A stretch of DNA of 64,000 nt, from the IMG/VR virus record IMGVR_UViG_3300021197_000245, positions 4,002 through 68,001 of that record. One strand, 5' to 3'. Shown here in pieces: positions 60,040 to 64,000 of the stretch (the stretch's first letter is position 1; every line of letters starts with the position of its first letter). The DNA comes from a virus. The translations under genes were made by a program, and so were the position numbers. Under the pieces are notes generated by a model. That model did not search any database. It worked only from the letters and a program-made list of their open reading frames with translations, and was not told the DNA's origin.

Positions 60040-61137
60040 TTACTTTTTGTCTGATGCAAAAAGATAGTTGTTGTCCATCGCCCACTTAGTGAACTTCTTG
60101 TTGGTCATGACCATAGACTGCTTGGCATACTTGGGATTACGTACACCATTGGCGAACATACCTTGTGCCTCTTTGTCTAGTCGCACCATGTAGTCCATCC
60201 AAGCATCGATCCAGTCTTTCTCCAAAGTTGCTAGTGTACGATACACAACCATACACGTGGCTGATGCAGACGTAGGCACCTTGGCGTTCTTTGGGTCTTT
60301 CTTGATACTCTCGAGTGATGGTAGCTGATCGGCAAGTTTGACAAATGCCATCAAGTCCATAGCACCTCGCTCGCCTATCGTACCCATGAGCATAGATGTC
60401 AACGTCGTATCATCTAGCTTGTCACGTTGCTCTAGCCATATACTACATGCCTCAAGAGAACGTGGTGTCACGAAAGATGCTCGTTGTTGCTTGGGATGAA
60501 AGATGTACGGATTGTCATCAGGATTTTTTACATCCTCGAACGAATAGAACAACTGTGGGTTTTCTTTACACCAACCAAGTAATGTCTGATCGATACCCTT
60601 GTTGATCGCCCATGATATCCACTCCATGTTGGTTGGTTTCTTCATCACACTCATGACAATACGATTACGTGCATGTGGTGGTATGAGATCGCCAACTCCC
60701 TCTGCTCCAAGATTGGTTGTAGCAAACACGATACTGTCTTTGTGCAACGTGTAGTTACCAATCTTACGCTCGAGCATAAGTCGTAGCATAGCGTTCTTGA
60801 CCGACGGATTAGACTTGCCATACTCGTCAATCATAAGAATGATCGGCTTGTCGAGATGGACACCAAGTTCTTCGTTGGTCAGATACGACACAAACCCCGT
60901 GCCGTCATCTAGCTTGGCAATGTTCGGTATTGTGATATCGCCCAAGTCTTTAGTCGTGCAGTCAAAGTAGCATGCAGTATGTGTCGGTAACTCGCTAGCA
61001 AGTGTGGACAAGATCGATGACTTGCCCGTGCCCATGTGTCCTTGAACGAGGACTGTTCGTAAGTGACCACCAGTCTTGATCGCATTAACTGTTTGGTCGA
61101 TTGATAGTGAGTACATTTGTATTGCTTGATTAGTCAT
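60040..61137 (-). CDS. MoxR-like AAA+ ATPase
   Basis: GHMGTGKS, LMIDEYGK, ATTN, ARNR, TPRSLE. Confidence 0.85.
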   Translation of the reverse strand: MTNQAIQMYSLSIDQTVNAIKTGGHLRTVLVQGHMGTGKSSILSTLASELPTHTACYFDCTTKDLGDITIPNIAKLDDGTGFVSYLTNEELGVHLDKPIILMIDEYGKSNPSVKNAMLRLMLERKIGNYTLHKDSIVFATTNLGAEGVGDLIPPHARNRIVMSVMKKPTNMEWISWAINKGIDQTLLGWCKENPQLFYSFEDVKNPDDNPYIFHPKQQRASFVTPRSLEACSIWLEQRDKLDDTTLTSMLMGTIGERGAMDLMAFVKLADQLPSLESIKKDPKNAKVPTSASATCMVVYRTLATLEKDWIDAWMDYMVRLDKEAQGMFANGVRNPKYAKQSMVMTNKKFTKWAMDNNYLFASDKK

Positions 61138-61160
61138 GGCATAAGCCTCCTTTTAAGTTT

Positions 61161-61177
61161 TGTAGTGAGTCACTACA
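61161..61177. repeat. 17-bp palindrome copy 5
   Basis: TGTAGTGAGTCACTACA upstream of the AAA+ RBS. Confidence 0.95.
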
Positions 61178-61182
61178 GTTTG

Positions 61183-62091
61183 TTATATATCTAATGATGG
61201 TAACGACTTGATAACTTCGTCAACAGACTTCTTAGTCTCTGCACGTAGGAACTCGTCCTCACGTAGTGCATCGGGTGTAACACCTTGAAGTGTGTCTTCG
61301 AGTTTCATTCGCATAGCCTCCATCTGACTGTCGTTGGTAATATTGCAGACTGATAGTAAGTCAACAATGTCCAACACATTCGTAACAAGTGTGTCACGAA
61401 ATACTTTCTTGCTCTCGTGGCTTGCATAGTCCAACCGTTCGGACATGTTAGACAAGCACTTGAAAGCACGTTGCCATATGTCGTTCATGGCATTGTTTAG
61501 CTGTGTCGTGTAGTACGTTTCGTAATGGCTCTTCATCTCGGTCTGTGCCTCGGTGTTGATGTCCAACCGAAAGTCACCAGCCTCGGGTAGTGGCATGTAT
61601 GACAATCTGAAACCGAACTTACTTGATAGGCTCTCGGTAGTCGGATAGTCATTACGATTGAACAGATCGCCTAGCTTAGCTTGTGCTTGTGTGATCTCCC
61701 AATCATATGCTTGCAAGAACGTGTTAACACAATCGTCGAACGATGCTTGGATCTCGGTCATGGTCTCGTGATACTTGAAGTATGCTTTTGTTGTAAGCAA
61801 ACGTAATCCAGTATCTGACCAAGGCATTGTCATGCCGTAGTGTGTGGTACGAGCAACACCGACTAGTGTGTCGATAGCTTTGAGTTCTGCACAATCGGCA
61901 AGTAATTTCTTGTGGACATTTGCGACACCAGTTTTTGCATAGTTTGCAGATGCAACGTCTGCCGATGCTCGCTTGTCTAGTTTACGTCCAGTCCATTTTG
62001 ATATGCCTAATTCGACTAGTGTTGCCGAACTGGATATTGATGGTGTAGAAATTTGTAGTGAGTCACTACAGTTTTTGTTTAGTGTAGTCAT
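61183..62091 (-). CDS. DUF3150-like protein
   Basis: LVELGISKWTGRK.D..V.KKLL..T.PW..G.RLL..DYP..L..KF pattern; first gene of the AAA+/VWA trio. Confidence 0.65.
   Translation of the reverse strand: MTTLNKNCSDSLQISTPSISSSATLVELGISKWTGRKLDKRASADVASANYAKTGVANVHKKLLADCAELKAIDTLVGVARTTHYGMTMPWSDTGLRLLTTKAYFKYHETMTEIQASFDDCVNTFLQAYDWEITQAQAKLGDLFNRNDYPTTESLSSKFGFRLSYMPLPEAGDFRLDINTEAQTEMKSHYETYYTTQLNNAMNDIWQRAFKCLSNMSERLDYASHESKKVFRDTLVTNVLDIVDLLSVCNITNDSQMEAMRMKLEDTLQGVTPDALREDEFLRAETKKSVDEVIKSLPSLDI
62054..62070. repeat. 17-bp palindrome copy 6 (codons 8-13 of the DUF3150-like gene)
   Basis: TGTAGTGAGTCACTACA, read as CSDSLQ. Confidence 0.95.
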
Positions 62092-62103
62092 GGTTAGTCT
62101 CCC

Positions 62104-62301
62104 TTATTTGTAGTATTGATTGTTGATTGTTGTTGTCGCTTTTACGTTAGGTGTGTCGGGCATGTTGTGCTTTACGTAACGATGTCCGTGTATAGTGAAG
62201 ACTTCCACAAACGCATTGCCTCGCCACTCCCAGTTTGATGTAGTGCCTTTAGGTAGTCGCTTGTAGAACTTCTTGATCTTAGAACGCTTTCTCATAGTCA
62301 T
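62104..62301 (-). CDS. Small basic early protein
   Basis: Start moved to ATG 62301 (AAGGAG RBS), downstream of a strong promoter. Confidence 0.6.
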   Translation of the reverse strand: MTMRKRSKIKKFYKRLPKGTTSNWEWRGNAFVEVFTIHGHRYVKHNMPDTPNVKATTTINNQYYK

Positions 62302-62320
62302 GGTGTAGTCTCCTTTGTTT

Positions 62321-62337
62321 TGTAGTGAGTCACTACA
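62321..62337. repeat. 17-bp palindrome copy 7
   Basis: TGTAGTGAGTCACTACA in the 5' leader of the early operon. Confidence 0.95.
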
Positions 62338-62394
62338 GTATTGTTGAGGCAAGATTGCCAATCGAAAATCTTTGTCTTTCTCGATTATGTGTAT

Positions 62395-62423
62395 ATAGTA
62401 CCACAACTATCGGGAAGTGTCAA
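62395..62423 (-). promoter_or_regulatory. Strong sigma70 early promoter
   Basis: Minus strand TTGACA-17 nt-TACTAT with extended TGn. Confidence 0.8.
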
Positions 62424-62522
62424 GCCGTACGATAACACGTTAGATTACGTTATAGAGTGTGATACAGTGGTATATGATGTAATGTACTGTAATGTTCTGT
62501 AATGTTCTGTTGTGGGTGTGCG

Positions 62523-62535
62523 TAAGTCCTTGATT
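62523..62535 (-). promoter_or_regulatory. IHF consensus site
   Basis: AATCAAGGACTTA matches WATCAANNNNTTR. Confidence 0.45.
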
Positions 62536-62714
62536 ATATTGGAATGTTCTTTTGTTCTTTTTTTTAGGGAATTGGACACCTGCCTCGAGACGCTCACGAT
62601 CGAAAGAACATTTGAAATTATTTCATAAGTAGACTAAGTAAAAAAAAGAAAAACGAACATTACATACTAAAACTAAGATTTACTAAGATTTACTAAGTTC
62701 TACTAGGCAAGTTT

Positions 62715-62731
62715 TGTAGTGACTCACTACA
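62715..62731. repeat. 17-bp palindrome copy 8
   Basis: TGTAGTGACTCACTACA. Confidence 0.95.
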
Positions 62732-62832
62732 GTTTACCATTGCTTACCACTGTAGCATAATGTACGTTTTACACTTTCAAAAAACGAACATTGCAGGAAC
62801 ATTCGCAGAACATTATAAATAAAAAACGAACA

Positions 62833-62958
62833 TTAGGCTCAACGCTACATTAAGAACTGGTTTCATAGGTGTAGTGAGTCACTACAAAAACACAGGAGAA
62901 CAAGTTATAATTCAATGTGTGGTATCACGTTAGGCTCAACGCTACATTAAGAACTGGT
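62833..62958. repeat. 29-bp direct repeat pair
   Basis: TTAGGCTCAACGCTACATTAAGAACTGGT at 62833-62861 and 62930-62958. Confidence 0.9.
62870..62886. repeat. 17-bp palindrome copy 9
   Basis: TGTAGTGAGTCACTACA between the 29-bp direct repeats. Confidence 0.95.
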
Positions 62959-62969
62959 ATCTTAGGCAC

Positions 62970-62992
62970 AAAAAAAGGGAGCCGAAGCTCCC
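62970..62992 (-). terminator. Rho-independent terminator
   Basis: Minus strand GGGAGC-TTCG-GCTCCC-TTTTTTT (UUCG tetraloop). Confidence 0.85.
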
Positions 62993-62997
62993 TGATA

Positions 62998-63168
62998 TTA
63001 AAATGATATTAAAGAAATAAAAGCATATAAGAATAATATAACACCGCCAAGGTATGCAAATATATATGCGAATATAGTATGCCAAGGTGTTCTAAAATCA
63101 TAAACTTTATAACGTTTTATTTTAGGTCTTTTATTTTGTCTTGTAGGTATGTCTTTTAATTGTTTCAT
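62998..63168 (-). CDS. 56-aa membrane peptide
   Basis: GGAG RBS; MKQLKDIPTRQNKRPKIKRY...IFAYLGGVILFLYAFISLISF translated by hand; followed by a terminator. Confidence 0.6.
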   Translation of the reverse strand: MKQLKDIPTRQNKRPKIKRYKVYDFRTPWHTIFAYIFAYLGGVILFLYAFISLISF

Positions 63169-63180
63169 AATTCAAACTCC

Positions 63181-63213
63181 AAAAAAATGGGGCAACGTAA
63201 TTGATGCCCCATT
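63181..63213 (-). terminator. Rho-independent terminator
   Basis: AATGGGGCA/TGCCCCATT stem with a T tract on the minus strand after 63222-63818. Confidence 0.65.
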
Positions 63214-63221
63214 GTAACGTG

Positions 63222-63818
63222 TTAATGTTTAATTGAAACGTTTGTTTCAACAACCTTGTTGATCTGTCCTAGTAGGACAATAACCTTATCAATATCTAAG
63301 GTAGCATCTTCCATGCCTTTTAACTTAGCTATTAACTTGTTATTGTTATAAACAAGAGACTGTCTAAAAGTCTTCTTCTCTTGTTTACCATTGCTACCTG
63401 ATAGCATGTTAGCACGATTGATTAACTGCTTTTTATAGTCAGATAATCGACCTGAAACATTCCTATTAAGGACTGCTTTCATAGTCTTTTGACTTTCAGT
63501 CAATGACTTAGCACCACGTGTTAACGTGTAAGCATACCTTGGATCTAATCCTTTAGCTATGCTTACCTTGAAAGCCATGAAGCTTTCCGCAGGCATGTTA
63601 TTGACGAATGAGTTATCATTCTTTTTAACCTCGCCAATACCAATAACCTCACCTTTAGTATTAGGTGAAACCATGTTAAACCATTGAAAGCCCTCGGCTA
63701 TCAACATATCAACAGTCTTAGCTGTTGAACGAGTAGACTTAGCTAATACTGAGTTATCAGATATTAACTGCTTTTCAAGTTTTTCAGATACTTGCAAACT
63801 GTTTTTCAATGTAGGCAT
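63222..63818 (-). CDS. Basic hypothetical early protein (198 aa)
   Basis: GGAG RBS, own promoter and terminator. Confidence 0.75.
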   Translation of the reverse strand: MPTLKNSLQVSEKLEKQLISDNSVLAKSTRSTAKTVDMLIAEGFQWFNMVSPNTKGEVIGIGEVKKNDNSFVNNMPAESFMAFKVSIAKGLDPRYAYTLTRGAKSLTESQKTMKAVLNRNVSGRLSDYKKQLINRANMLSGSNGKQEKKTFRQSLVYNNNKLIAKLKGMEDATLDIDKVIVLLGQINKVVETNVSIKH

Positions 63819-63868
63819 TTAGCCATCTCCATTAAAACACAAAAAGCTTGATTGCTTTTGATAGGCTC

Positions 63869-63877
63869 ATTATATCA
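63869..63877 (-). promoter_or_regulatory. Extended -10 promoter
   Basis: Minus strand TGA-TATAAT about 50 nt upstream of ATG 63818. Confidence 0.45.
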
Positions 63878-63925
63878 ATATATCTAGTCATTGTATGGTC
63901 TGTTCTACAATTATATAATAAAAAC

Positions 63926-63942
63926 TGTAGTGACTCACTACA
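63926..63942. repeat. 17-bp palindrome copy 10
   Basis: AAAAC-TGTAGTGACTCACTACA-AAAA, flanks inverted relative to copies 5-7. Confidence 0.95.
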
Positions 63943-64000
63943 AAAACCTATAAAACAATATAAACTACAACATTAAATCACTATATATCAGACCCTAGCG

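Larger units (their letters stand above)
62481..62834. repeat. Iteron-like GAACATT/AATGTTC cluster
   Basis: AATGTTC at 62491, 62501, 62543; GAACATT at 62606, 62655, 62786, 62797, 62808, 62828; AATGTAC variants at 62481 and 62759; TACTAAGATT-type 10-mer tandem at 62671-62706. Confidence 0.8.

Noticed and set aside
45296-60605. Plus-strand and alternate-frame ORFs in the replication/early arm (e.g. 50760-51245, 59010-59480, 54430-54792)
   Set aside because: Shadows of supported minus-strand genes
60003-62406. CSDSLQ peptide in the N-terminal extensions of ORF-track proteins 58767-60059 and 62104-62406 as a protein motif
   Set aside because: These extensions lie upstream of the RBS-supported starts (60002, 62301); the peptide is just the translation of the DNA palindrome
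62833-62958. 29-bp direct repeats or the palindromes as a CRISPR array
   Set aside because: Only two 29-bp copies with a 68-bp gap; palindrome spacing is irregular (150 bp to 2.4 kb); no cas operon. The Cas4-like nuclease is an ordinary replication-module gene
55342-63942. Palindrome contains GACTCACTA, identical to the core of the T7 promoter
   Set aside because: No single-subunit RNA polymerase in the window, no TAATAC or TAGGG flanks, the element is dyad-symmetric, and sigma70 promoters are present

Overview
The window is most of a tailed dsDNA phage genome (podovirus-like; resembles uncultured marine phages, host not determinable from sequence). It has two convergent arms. The + strand arm (0.7-45.2 kb) carries terminase large subunit, portal, GroES, scaffold, Mu gpT-like major capsid, adaptor/tail genes, several tail fibres (two with S74 chaperones), a T4-type endolysin and large internal virion proteins of 1737 and 2391 aa. 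The - strand arm (45.2-63.8 kb) carries primase-helicase, SSB-like protein, SNF2 helicase, PD-(D/E)XK nuclease, family A DNA polymerase, VRR-NUC and an early region with a DUF3150-like/MoxR AAA+/metallopeptidase-VWA trio. The strongest unexplained signal is a 17-bp palindrome TGTAGTGA(G/C)TCACTACA found 10 times, only in the early region (55.3-63.9 kb), often just upstream of ribosome-binding sites. Other highlights: an iteron/IHF origin-like region, several candidate structured RNAs, a YaaA/DUF6884-like plus ADP-ribosyltransferase-like protein between terL and portal, a shared GG motif in many putative head-internal proteins, and a duplicated holin cassette suggesting a mosaic or assembly chimera near 23.6 kb. 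No tRNA, rRNA, CRISPR array, integrase or RNA polymerase was recognised. All family assignments are by eye from motifs, with no database search.
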